This document shows, one piece after another, positions 9,860-18,398 of a stretch of 57,748 nt of DNA. Under the pieces are notes generated by a model. That model searched no databases. It was given only the letters and a program-made list of their open reading frames with translations, and had not been told where the DNA came from. The DNA is taken from NCBI GenBank assembly GCA_013151955.1, contig JAADHH010000140.1, forward strand, positions 1 to 57,748. Reading direction: 5' to 3'. Position 1 is the first letter of the stretch; every line of letters starts with the position of its first letter. A program made the translations under genes and the position numbers. This stretch comes from Chloroflexota bacterium. GTDB lineage: Bacteria > Chloroflexota > Anaerolineae > Ardenticatenales > JAADHH01.

Positions 9860-9942
9860 CTCCTTTCTTTATTTGGGATTGGCACAAGGGCCTGTCAAAA
9901 ATCCTCTCGCTGTGGGAAGGCTTTCTCCTCCCTACCGGCGAT

Positions 9943-10401
9943 CTATCGCGACAAAAGCACCACCTCCTCTCTTGTGCGCTCCATTGGGAAGGCGGGTGCG
10001 CCATCGACCAACTCTGCATACTTTGCAAAGAGCGTGTTTTCTTCACGCCGGACTCTCAGGCGCAGTCTTGAAACGAGCGTGCCATAGTCCTTGGCAAACG
10101 CGACCCCTGCCCCACCGTTAGCGTATTTATCAAAAAACCGAACGGCCTCTGCGGTGATTTCTTCCGTATCTTTCGCCATAATACGCAAGGTGCCCCGCAA
10201 GCTTCTGTCCGTCACGGCAATCTTTTGGAGAGGGGGATACAACCTTTCGTCCTCTTTCTGCAAGTGTGCCAACAAAACACCTCTTGCCGACGATAAGCAC
10301 TCCTTTCCTTCGGGAGTGTTTATGCCATATTCGCTAACCTTTGCCAGGGTAGCGATGATTGTCAGATGTTCTGCTTTTAGCTCACGAATCAGTCTGGACA
10401 C
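9943..10401 (-). CDS. Hemerythrin-like domain protein
   Basis: LKAEH..I, LLAHLQKEDERLYP, RVRREENTLF helical pattern. Confidence 0.75.
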   Translation of the reverse strand: MSRLIRELKAEHLTIIATLAKVSEYGINTPEGKECLSSARGVLLAHLQKEDERLYPPLQKIAVTDRSLRGTLRIMAKDTEEITAEAVRFFDKYANGGAGVAFAKDYGTLVSRLRLRVRREENTLFAKYAELVDGAPAFPMERTREEVVLLSR

Positions 10402-10425
10402 GCCGCTCCCTCCTTTCCCTTTTCA

Positions 10426-10842
10426 TCAACGACGAGAACCGGTGATGACATTCTTGATCAGGCCGAGTTTCTTGCTCGTCAGAAGTGTCAACGCGTTGTA
10501 GCGCAACGTCGTTTCCGCCAACCGAGACATCTCCAGATCAATGTCCACGTTGTTGCCATCGTTGCGCATCGTTGTGTTGGAGCGACGCACTGTCTGCGCG
10601 GCGAATTGTTTCGCAGGCGCGGCCAGGTGACCGGCGTGAGTGCGGGCCAACTGTAGATGATTGTCCTGCCGGCCTTCCAATGCTTGCTGCAACTGCCCTT
10701 CGAATGAGACGTCCACTGCTTTGTAGCCGGGCGTATCAGCGTTGGCCACGTTGTGCGTGATCGCCTGCTGGCGCAAACTCAAGCCGTTCATTGCCGCGGT
10801 CAAGGCCTGCATCGCGCGATCTACAACAATCGAATTTCCCAT
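10426..10842 (-). CDS. flgB: Flagellar basal-body rod protein FlgB
   Basis: RQQAITHNVANADTPGYKA.DV.F, RNDGNNVDIDLEM. Confidence 0.96.
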   Translation of the reverse strand: MGNSIVVDRAMQALTAAMNGLSLRQQAITHNVANADTPGYKAVDVSFEGQLQQALEGRQDNHLQLARTHAGHLAAPAKQFAAQTVRRSNTTMRNDGNNVDIDLEMSRLAETTLRYNALTLLTSKKLGLIKNVITGSRR

Positions 10843-10882
10843 TTCATACCCTCTCCGTTCGCTCAAGAAGTTTAGAAGTCCG

Positions 10883-10915
10883 AGAAGTTCAACTTCTCCG
10901 AGAAGTTGAACTTCT
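10883..10915. repeat. 33-bp palindromic repeat AGAAGTTCAACTTCT-CCG-AGAAGTTGAACTTCT
   Basis: Perfect 15-bp stem; copies at 51787 and 57601 and a variant at 18269. Confidence 0.9.
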
Positions 10916-10930
10916 TGTTGTCTTGGAAGA

Positions 10931-11449
10931 CTACGCCTCCCACTGGCGATACTGATCGCGCAGTGCCAAAACGCGCGAGACGTAAGTTTCCGTTTCCTGG
11001 TATGGGGGAATCCCCCGGTATTGATCCACGGCGTGAGGGCCGGCGTTGTAGGCGGCCAGGGCCAGGTCTGCTCGCCCGTAGCGGTCTAGCAACGAGCGCA
11101 GGAATCGCACTCCGCCCTCGATGTTTTGTACAGGATCGAAGACATTGTCCACGCCCAGCTTCTGCGCCGTGCCGTCCATCAACTGCATCATGCCTTTGGC
11201 GCCGGCCGATGAAACCGCCGTCGGATTGAAATTCGACTCCGCCTGAACGACGGCCGTGACCAACGCCGGGTCTATGCCGTACCGTTTGGCCTCATCCCGA
11301 ATCACGGCGGCGAACTGGCCCGGGTCTCCCATTTTGGGAGCGGTGTGCATCACCGTCCGGTTGCCGGCCAGCGCCGCCAGCGTATCGGCCAACCTATCAT
11401 AGATATTCTGCTGAAGCTGCGCGAATATGCTACCTACCGGTCCGGCCAT
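10931..11449 (-). CDS. Soluble lytic transglycosylase (SLT domain; CwlQ/YjbJ-like), no signal peptide
   Basis: AESNFNP.AVS.AGAKGMMQLM, DPVQNIEGG, LALAAYNAGP, IPPYQETETYV. Confidence 0.93.
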   Translation of the reverse strand: MAGPVGSIFAQLQQNIYDRLADTLAALAGNRTVMHTAPKMGDPGQFAAVIRDEAKRYGIDPALVTAVVQAESNFNPTAVSSAGAKGMMQLMDGTAQKLGVDNVFDPVQNIEGGVRFLRSLLDRYGRADLALAAYNAGPHAVDQYRGIPPYQETETYVSRVLALRDQYRQWEA

Positions 11450-11507
11450 CTATCTTCCCCCCATGCCGGCGACACCAGCTCTTCCCCGGCCGGCCATCGC
11501 CTGAGTG

Positions 11508-11999
11508 CTACATTCCATCCGTCATTCCTTTCAAAGATTCTGCCTGAAGCAATTCTTTCTGGCGACGAAAGTAGCGGGTCGTGCCAATTTCGTCCGCCTC
11601 GTGCAATTCTCGTTGCTTTTCATGCTCCCGTTGGGCCAGTTCTTCTTGTTCCCGCAGTTTGATCAAGGCCTCTTCGTCTTGATGGGCGGATAAAACCTCA
11701 CGGCGCTTTGCTGTGACCTGCTCTTCGATTTCGCCGAGGCGACTCTGCTGTGCCAGGATTTGGTTGTGCAAGACATCCTGGCGCTCTTGCCACCAACGTA
11801 GCTTCCCGACATCCAGTCTCCGCGCTTCCTGAATGTGTCGCATCTCCGATTGCACGCGCGCTCTGGTCTCCTGCATGGCCGCCAATCGCTGTGCCTGAAG
11901 TTGCAGCTCGCGGAGGATTTCGGCAAGCTCCAACTCCCGCATTTCCAGGATGCTGGTTCTGTAGTCCAGAACTGATTGCAGAGAAAATGGTTTTCGCAC
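11508..11999 (-). CDS. fliJ: Flagellar export protein FliJ
   Basis: FSLQSVLDYR...coiled coil...LIKLRE..EQRELHEADE; follows fliI. Confidence 0.88.
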   Translation of the reverse strand: MRKPFSLQSVLDYRTSILEMRELELAEILRELQLQAQRLAAMQETRARVQSEMRHIQEARRLDVGKLRWWQERQDVLHNQILAQQSRLGEIEEQVTAKRREVLSAHQDEEALIKLREQEELAQREHEKQRELHEADEIGTTRYFRRQKELLQAESLKGMTDGM

Positions 12000-12170
12000 G
12001 ATTACTTCTCGCCCCTCGTGCCCTTCGCATCACTGAGGCAAATCAGGTGCCAGGCACTTTCGGTGGCCTTGTCACGTTCAAGCGAGAGGGCCTTCACAAG
12101 TGCCTGGCACCTAAAGACTGAGTAGTTACTTCGCACGATTACTTCTCGCCCCTCGTGCCCTTCGCATCAC
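11993..12170. repeat. 41-bp perfect direct repeat (11993-12033 and 12130-12170) flanking a 96-bp insert
   Basis: ttcgcacgattacttctcgcccctcgtgcccttcgcatcac occurs twice; insert positions 12066-12129 are the exact reverse complement of 57665-57728. Confidence 0.92.
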
Positions 12171-12173
12171 GCC

Positions 12174-12299
12174 CAGCAGGCTGTCGGAGAAGTCCGCATT
12201 TCTCTTATAGGACACAGATTCTCACAGAGAAACACAGATGTTCAGGCCCAATCATCGGAGAATCTGTGCCCCCTTGTTCTTTCTCCGACAAGCTGCTAG
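12174..12299. mobile_element. MITE-like element with ends (C)AGCAGGCTGTCGGAGA...TCTCCGACAAGCTGCTAG
   Basis: Terminal inverted repeats shared with the 18155, 39747, 52431 and 57632 copies; right CTAG contains the fliI stop. Confidence 0.7.
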
Positions 12300-13636
12300 G
12301 CACGGTCGGCATCATTCTGGACCGAATCTTCCATTTGGTGTACCGTCTCCTCAAAAGGTGTGTATGAATCGGGCGGCTGGCGCAGGAACGGCAACACCTT
12401 GGGCATCACCGCAATGGCATGATCAATCTGCGCACTGGACCCTGCCGCGTACGCGCCGATATTGATGATGTCGCGCGCCTTCCGGTGCGTGGCCAGCACC
12501 TCGCGCATACGTGCGGCAGCCGCGCGGTGGGCATCCTCCGTAATCGCAGGCATCACCCGGCTAACGCTGCCCAAAACGTCGATGGCCGGATAATGATTTT
12601 CGGCGGCCAGTTCGCGGGTCAATACAATGTGCCCGTCCAGGATACTGCGCACCGCGTCGGTGACCGGTTCCGTCAAGTCGTCCCCCTCTACCAACACGGT
12701 GTAGAAGCCCGTGATCGTCCCTTTGTCCGAGGTTCCGGTGCGTTCCAGCAACTTGGGCAAAATCGAAAAGACAGAAGGCGTATAGCCCTTGGAGGCCGGA
12801 GGCTCTCCCACGGCGAGTCCCACTTCCCGCTGGGCCATGGCGAACCGGGTGACGGAATCCATCAGGAAGGTTACGTCTAACCCCTGATCACGGAAAAACT
12901 CGGCGATCGTGGTGGCCACCCATGCTCCCTTCAAGCGGGCCAACGCGGGCTGGTCGGACGTGGAGACGATGACGACGGAGCGTTCCAGGCCCTCTTGGCC
13001 CAGATCGTGCTGCACGAATTCCTGCACCTCGCGCCCCCGTTCCCCGATCAGGGCAATGACGTTGACATCTGAGCAGGCCCGGCGGGCGATCATGCCCATC
13101 AACGTACTCTTTCCAACGCCGCTGCCGGCGAATATCCCCATGCGCTGCCCTTTGCCGGTGGTCAACAGGCCGTCGATGGCTCGTATGCCGGTTACCAACG
13201 GTTCCTGTATGGGGGTGCGCTGCAAAGGGTGGGGGGCCGCACTGACCGCCGTTCTGCGGGCCTCGAAAACCAGCGGGCCCTTCCCGTCGATGGGACGCCC
13301 AAGGCCATCGAGGATTCGGCCCAGCAGGCCGTTCCCCACCGGTACGGTGAACTCCCCGCCGGTGGCCGTCACCTGCGTGCCGGGTTGCACGCCTTGCATA
13401 TCGGCCAGGGGCATGAGCAATGTGCGATCATGGCGAAATCCGACGACCTCCGCAGCGACAGACGGCCGCCCGCTGTTGGGATGTATGTGGCATAGTTCCG
13501 CCATCTGGGCATTGAGACCGGCCGCTTCCACGGTGAGACCAATCACTTGCTCTACTCTTCCCTGGCAGCGGATGGGACGCAGGTCACGTAATACATTCTT
13601 GTATTTCGTCAGGTCCAAAGCCGTTTGCGTACTCAT
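12296..13636 (-). CDS. fliI: Flagellar export ATPase FliI
   Basis: GIFAGSGVGKSTL, LIGERGREV, MDSVTRFAMAQRE, DGHIVL. Confidence 0.98.
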   Translation of the reverse strand: MSTQTALDLTKYKNVLRDLRPIRCQGRVEQVIGLTVEAAGLNAQMAELCHIHPNSGRPSVAAEVVGFRHDRTLLMPLADMQGVQPGTQVTATGGEFTVPVGNGLLGRILDGLGRPIDGKGPLVFEARRTAVSAAPHPLQRTPIQEPLVTGIRAIDGLLTTGKGQRMGIFAGSGVGKSTLMGMIARRACSDVNVIALIGERGREVQEFVQHDLGQEGLERSVVIVSTSDQPALARLKGAWVATTIAEFFRDQGLDVTFLMDSVTRFAMAQREVGLAVGEPPASKGYTPSVFSILPKLLERTGTSDKGTITGFYTVLVEGDDLTEPVTDAVRSILDGHIVLTRELAAENHYPAIDVLGSVSRVMPAITEDAHRAAAARMREVLATHRKARDIINIGAYAAGSSAQIDHAIAVMPKVLPFLRQPPDSYTPFEETVHQMEDSVQNDADRA

Positions 13637-13679
13637 CTTGTCCGTGCCTCTTCCTGTTTCACGCCTATCCAACCGGGCC

Positions 13680-14441
13680 CTACGCCCCATCCACACCATC
13701 ACCCTGTAGCGCCTCGAAGGCATTGCGGATACTGACCAGTTGTGTATCGATCTGGGCGTCTACCTGGCCGGCTTCCGTATCGATGATACAGCCGCCGGCT
13801 CGCACACGCCGGTCCGCAACGATCTGCCAATGACGCTCGCCCGGGTTTTCTCCCAGTGCCTCGTTCCAATAATCCATCAGCGTTTCCACATCCTGTGGAT
13901 TGACCCGAATCGTCAAGGGGTCACTGGAGCGAACCTGGGCGATGGCTGTGGCCGCGACTTGTGTGATCACTTGCCGGTTGAGATTGATCTCTTCGCCGAT
14001 CACTTTTTTCGCGACCTCGATGACCAGGTTGACAATGTCCGATTCACTGTGGGCAATGATTTTCTCCTTGCCTTCAGCCGCTTCGTGTGCCAACTGGTAG
14101 ACCAGGTGGAGCTTGTCTTTCAGCTCGTCTTCGCCGGCCTGCCGTCCCTCCGCGATTCCCTCCTGGTACCCCTGTTGGTGCGCCTGCTGCTTGATCAGGC
14201 CGGCCTGGGCCTGGGCATCGGCGACCAGGGCTTGGGCTTGCACTTTTGCCATCTCGATGATGTGTTTTGCGTCTTCTTCGGCTTGTTGCACAATGTCCTG
14301 TGGCAGGGGGGCGCTTTGCTTCTTTTGCGGCACACCTCTCTTCTGTGGTGCAGAGCCCAATGGATGGATCTGCACACCTGTGGGACGATGTACAGTCGTC
14401 GGAAACTGACCTGCTCGGATAATCTTAGACAATGAGCTCAT
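13680..14441 (-). CDS. fliH: Flagellar assembly protein FliH
   Basis: AxxxGxxxG repeats (AHQQGYQEGIAEGRQAG), IRVNPQD, GGCIIDTEAGQVDA. Confidence 0.93.
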   Translation of the reverse strand: MSSLSKIIRAGQFPTTVHRPTGVQIHPLGSAPQKRGVPQKKQSAPLPQDIVQQAEEDAKHIIEMAKVQAQALVADAQAQAGLIKQQAHQQGYQEGIAEGRQAGEDELKDKLHLVYQLAHEAAEGKEKIIAHSESDIVNLVIEVAKKVIGEEINLNRQVITQVAATAIAQVRSSDPLTIRVNPQDVETLMDYWNEALGENPGERHWQIVADRRVRAGGCIIDTEAGQVDAQIDTQLVSIRNAFEALQGDGVDGA

Positions 14442-15435
14442 CGTCTCCTCCTCGAGAGATTACGATTTCCTCTGCGGCCTCCAGGCGGCGAATGACGCCG
14501 ACGATGCGCTGTTGGGCCTCTTCCACATTGCGCAGGCGGACGGGGCCAGAGAGGGCAACGTCCTCGCGCAACAGATTCGCCGCGCGGGAAGACATGTTGC
14601 GGAATATCAAATCCTTGACCTGTTCGCTGGCACCCTTCAGGGCCAGTACCAGATCCTTGGTATCTACCTCGCGCAACATCCGTTGTACAGAGCGGTCATC
14701 CAACATCACGATGTTCTCGAAGACGAACATCTTCTGTCTGATCTCTTCCGCCAGCGTGGGGTTCGTCTCATCCAGTGCGTCGAGTATGGACTTCTCCGTA
14801 CCCCGGTCCACTTGGTTGAGCACATTGACGACATACTCCACACCGCCGCTCAAGGAGTAATCGTGTGTGACCAGCGAAGAGAGTTTTCGTTGCAGTCCCC
14901 GCTCCACCTCCGAGACCACCTCCGGATCGGTGCTGTCCATGATCGCGATGCGCTCTGCCACCTCGGCTTGGTGGTCCGGGCTCAAGCTGGAGAGCACGCT
15001 GCCAGCTTGCGACGGGCGCAAGTGGGAAAGAACCAGGGCAATGGCCTGGGGATGTTCATCCTGGAGAAAGCCGGCCAGTTGCACAGAGTCGGCGTCACGC
15101 ACAAAGTCAAAGGGGTTCCCCTTCTGCATGTTTTGCACGCGCGCAATCAGCTCCTTGGCCCGTTGTTCTCCGAGAGTCCGTGTCAGGAGCATTCGGGCAT
15201 ATTCGTAGCCACCTTGATCGACCGACTCGTTGGTCAACGAGAGATGGTAGCTTTCCTCCAATACGTCCCGGCGAACGCTTTGGGGCACGGCCTGCATGTT
15301 GAAGATTTCCAGGGTCACCCGTTCCAGTTCCTCTTCCTCAAGGAAGGGCAACACTTGCGCAGAGGCATCAGAGCCCAAGGTGATGAGCAGAACCGCAGCC
15401 TTTTGGGTGCCGGTCAAAGCAACGCCTGCGGCCAT
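14425..15435 (-). CDS. fliG: Flagellar motor switch protein FliG
   Basis: LTGTQKAAVLL, EHPQ, GGVE, MFVFE, NMSSRAA. Confidence 0.98.
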   Translation of the reverse strand: MAAGVALTGTQKAAVLLITLGSDASAQVLPFLEEEELERVTLEIFNMQAVPQSVRRDVLEESYHLSLTNESVDQGGYEYARMLLTRTLGEQRAKELIARVQNMQKGNPFDFVRDADSVQLAGFLQDEHPQAIALVLSHLRPSQAGSVLSSLSPDHQAEVAERIAIMDSTDPEVVSEVERGLQRKLSSLVTHDYSLSGGVEYVVNVLNQVDRGTEKSILDALDETNPTLAEEIRQKMFVFENIVMLDDRSVQRMLREVDTKDLVLALKGASEQVKDLIFRNMSSRAANLLREDVALSGPVRLRNVEEAQQRIVGVIRRLEAAEEIVISRGGDDELIV

Positions 15436-15436
15436 G

Positions 15437-17110
15437 TCAGCCCTCCTCCTCATCGAGCCAGAACTTGACGACCCGGGCCAACGCGTCCGGTTGGGCCTTG
15501 GCCATCACCTGGATGTGTCTGAAGACTGCTTGCTCGGGTGTATCCTCCGGGAACTCGAGGTCTGGCAACGCAGCCTTTTCCGGCAGGGCGATCCCCTCTT
15601 CATCCACCTGTTGATCCGGCGGCGCAGCGGCCGAGAGTGCGGCCACAGCGCCGGCACCGGCACCCGCGTCACCTTCGGCCAGAACCAACTCGCTTGTTTC
15701 GATAATCGGGCGGTATCCCAAGCCTTGGAAAGCACCGCGCATAAACAGGAACATGACGATCAAACCAAGAGCAAGAGCTACCCAGCGGGCAATGCTGAAG
15801 TAGAGGGCCATGCGCTCGGCATCCTTCATGGCCTTGTTTTGTTCCTTCAAGAATGTGCGATCGAACGAAACGCTTTGGACGACCAGTTCATCTCCCCGTG
15901 CAGAATCGATTCCGGCTGCCGCGGCCACGGCGTCCCGAACGGCCTGAAGGTGTTGCGTGTCTGTGATCTGGTCTACCAGCACCGACACCGATAGCTTCTT
16001 GATTTGCCCGGGAGCCAGCACATGGTGCGTAACCACCTTGGACACTTCATAGTTGAGCGTAGAATCGGTTTTCTGATAGCTCGTGGTACCGGTCACCCCG
16101 CTGGTGGTCTGATAGCTTGGTGCGGCGCCCGGCACATTGCTCGCCGTCCCGGGAATGCCGCCGGCCTGGTCTGCCGCGTTCCCATTATAAATTTCCTGCG
16201 ACTGTTGGGCGCTACGCAGCACACCGCTGCTGTTCGTCGGCGTAATGTATTCTTCGCTATCGATCTCCTTCTGGTCCCAGTTTATGACGGCTGCAACGCG
16301 TACCACCGTGTTGTTCGGCCCTTCCACCTGATTCAACATTGCCTGCACCTTGCGCCGAATCTGTTCCTCCACCTGCCTCTGTTGCTCCATTTGCGAGGTG
16401 CTCAAATCCAACGAAGTCCCCGAAGAACCGTTCCCCGCACTACTCCCGTTCAAGACGTTGCCGTGGGTATCTATGATGGTCAGGTTCTCCGGCTTGAGGC
16501 CTTCGACGCTGCCCGAAACAAGGTGGGTGACGCCGGCGATCTGGGCGTTATTTAGGGTACGCCCCGGTTTCAAGTCGAGAAGAATGGAGGCTGTGGTAGT
16601 GTTTTCCTCCTGGCTATACAACGATGGTTGCGGGATAACAATGTGTACGCGCGACTTCTGCACAGAATCAATGCTGTCTATGGTTCGAGCCAATTCCCCT
16701 TCCAAGGCCCGCTGGTAGTTCACCTTCTGCGTGAAGTCGGTCATCGCCAGGTTGGTCGTGTCGAACAGCTCGAATCCAACCTCCCCCCCTTTGGGCAACC
16801 CCTCCTTGGCCAGCGAGAGGCGCACTTCGGCCACGCGGCTTGCCGGCACCAGGACGACCGAAGAGGTGTCATCCAATTGATAAGGGACGTTATTCTTTTT
16901 CAGGCTTTCTACGACAGCCGCCGCATCCTGCTCCGAGAGGCCGGAGAGAAGCACGGCATAGTCAGGACTGCGAACCCAGAGAGCAAAGAACCCCACCAGG
17001 ACCACGCCTGCAGCCAAAAGGATGCTCGTGACAATACGCTGGGTGCGCGTGAGGTTGTTCCAGGTTTCAAGGATTCGTTGTTGCCAAACTTGGATAGTGT
17101 TTGCGTCCAT
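15437..17110 (-). CDS. fliF: Flagellar MS-ring protein FliF
   Basis: GFELFD, YQRALEGELARTI, RVHIVIP, two transmembrane segments. Confidence 0.97.
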   Translation of the reverse strand: MDANTIQVWQQRILETWNNLTRTQRIVTSILLAAGVVLVGFFALWVRSPDYAVLLSGLSEQDAAAVVESLKKNNVPYQLDDTSSVVLVPASRVAEVRLSLAKEGLPKGGEVGFELFDTTNLAMTDFTQKVNYQRALEGELARTIDSIDSVQKSRVHIVIPQPSLYSQEENTTTASILLDLKPGRTLNNAQIAGVTHLVSGSVEGLKPENLTIIDTHGNVLNGSSAGNGSSGTSLDLSTSQMEQQRQVEEQIRRKVQAMLNQVEGPNNTVVRVAAVINWDQKEIDSEEYITPTNSSGVLRSAQQSQEIYNGNAADQAGGIPGTASNVPGAAPSYQTTSGVTGTTSYQKTDSTLNYEVSKVVTHHVLAPGQIKKLSVSVLVDQITDTQHLQAVRDAVAAAAGIDSARGDELVVQSVSFDRTFLKEQNKAMKDAERMALYFSIARWVALALGLIVMFLFMRGAFQGLGYRPIIETSELVLAEGDAGAGAGAVAALSAAAPPDQQVDEEGIALPEKAALPDLEFPEDTPEQAVFRHIQVMAKAQPDALARVVKFWLDEEEG

Positions 17111-17140
17111 CTTTCACCACGATCGAGTCTGCCGAATGCG

Positions 17141-17446
17141 TTATACCTGCATTCGCATGATTTCTTGATAGGCTTCCACAAGCTTACCGCGCACTTCAGT
17201 GGTCAACTGTAGGGTGATGTCTGCCTTTTCCATGGCCAACATCACCTGATGAAGGTCTACAGGCTCGCCGGCCGCCAGACGGGTGATCGCCGTATCCGCT
17301 TCCTGTTGCGCGCCATTGACCGTGTCTACGGCCTGTGACAGCAATTTGCCAAAGCTCTGCGCCGCCTCTCCCGCACCGCCCGTAGGCTTGGCCATGGAAG
17401 AGGGTATGAGAGCGGTTGTGACTTTCCCCAGTGTTATGGGATCCAT
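17141..17446 (-). CDS. fliE: Flagellar hook-basal body protein FliE
   Basis: DLHQVMLAMEKA...EVRGKLVEAYQEIMRMQV. Confidence 0.97.
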   Translation of the reverse strand: MDPITLGKVTTALIPSSMAKPTGGAGEAAQSFGKLLSQAVDTVNGAQQEADTAITRLAAGEPVDLHQVMLAMEKADITLQLTTEVRGKLVEAYQEIMRMQV

Positions 17447-17477
17447 CTGGTATTCTCCTGTTATGAAAGAAAATAAG

Positions 17478-17562
17478 TGTCATGTGTCACGTAAAACGTA
17501 AAACGTGATGCGTGATGCGTAAGACGCAATACGCATTACGTTTCACGTCTTCACGCTTCACG
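17478..17562. repeat. Imperfect 7-bp tandem array with inverted halves
   Basis: tgtcatg tgtcacg taaaacg taaaacg tgatgcg tgatgcg taagacg caatacg cattacg tttcacg tcttcacg cttcacg. Confidence 0.8.
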
Positions 17563-17675
17563 TCCCGCCATTTTCGTCCCTGGTGGCGAGCAGCCGCTCA
17601 TGGTGACTGTTATGAAAGCAGTCGCCAGTCATCAGATGGCACGCCGCAGGAGGAAAGGTAGCGTGTCTCACGCTG

Positions 17676-18140
17676 CTAGAGCCGTCCGATATCCAAAGCC
17701 CGCAAGGCCATTGACTTTATGGCGTTGAGCACGGTGACATTTGCTTCATAGGATCGTGTGGCAGAAAGCATGTCCGTCATTTCCGTAGCGATGTTTACAT
17801 TGGGATAGGTGACATACCCATCGGCATCTGCGTCGGGGTGGTCTGGCTGGTAGACGCGTTGGCCAGGCGTATCATCCTGGACGATCTTGGACACCTGCAC
17901 CCCAGACATTTGTGGCGTGACTTCGGTATTGTGTCTGGCGGCAACGAAAGCCGGCACGGGTAGGTGAAAGGCTGTTTGCCCCTCACGGGGGCGAAACACC
18001 ACAGATTCGCGCTTGTAAGCTCCCCCCTCTTCCGTGCGCGTTGTATTCGCGTTTGCGATATTGTTCGAAATCACATCCAATCGCAACCGTTGCGAAGTCA
18101 AGCCAGATGCAGCGATGCGCAGAGAATGAAAAATATCCAT
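17676..18140 (-). CDS. flgC: Flagellar basal-body rod protein FlgC
   Basis: ASGLTSQRLRLDVISNNIANANTT, YQPDHPDAD.DGYV.YPNVN, ATRSYEANV. Confidence 0.97.
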   Translation of the reverse strand: MDIFHSLRIAASGLTSQRLRLDVISNNIANANTTRTEEGGAYKRESVVFRPREGQTAFHLPVPAFVAARHNTEVTPQMSGVQVSKIVQDDTPGQRVYQPDHPDADADGYVTYPNVNIATEMTDMLSATRSYEANVTVLNAIKSMALRALDIGRL

Positions 18141-18154
18141 CCGATTTCCTCCTC

Positions 18155-18398
18155 CTAGCAGGCTGTCGGAGAGGCCTGTTTTCTTCTTATTGGGCACAGA
18201 TTCTCACAGAGAAACACGGATTTCAGGCAAAAATTGTATCTTCTCAATAAAACGGGATGGGGCGACCCAGAAATTCGACTTTTACCAAAAGTCGAACTTC
18301 TTCGCCCCGGAATATTGAGAAGATACCAGAAATTATCGAAAAATCTGTGTTTATCCTGCAATCTGTGTCCCATGATTTTTTCTCCGACAAACTGCTAG
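18155..18398. mobile_element. MITE-like CTAG-ended element carrying nested inverted-repeat units
   Basis: CTAGCAGGCTGTCGGAGA...TCTCCGACAAACTGCTAG; internal GTATCTTCTCAATA (18236-18249) and TATTGAGAAGATAC (18313-18326); central palindrome 18269-18301. Confidence 0.75.

Noticed and set aside
11993-12170. Two 41-bp direct repeats as a mini-CRISPR array
   Set aside because: Only two copies, the 96-bp spacer is itself a repeat element, the repeat includes the fliJ start, and no cas genes are present
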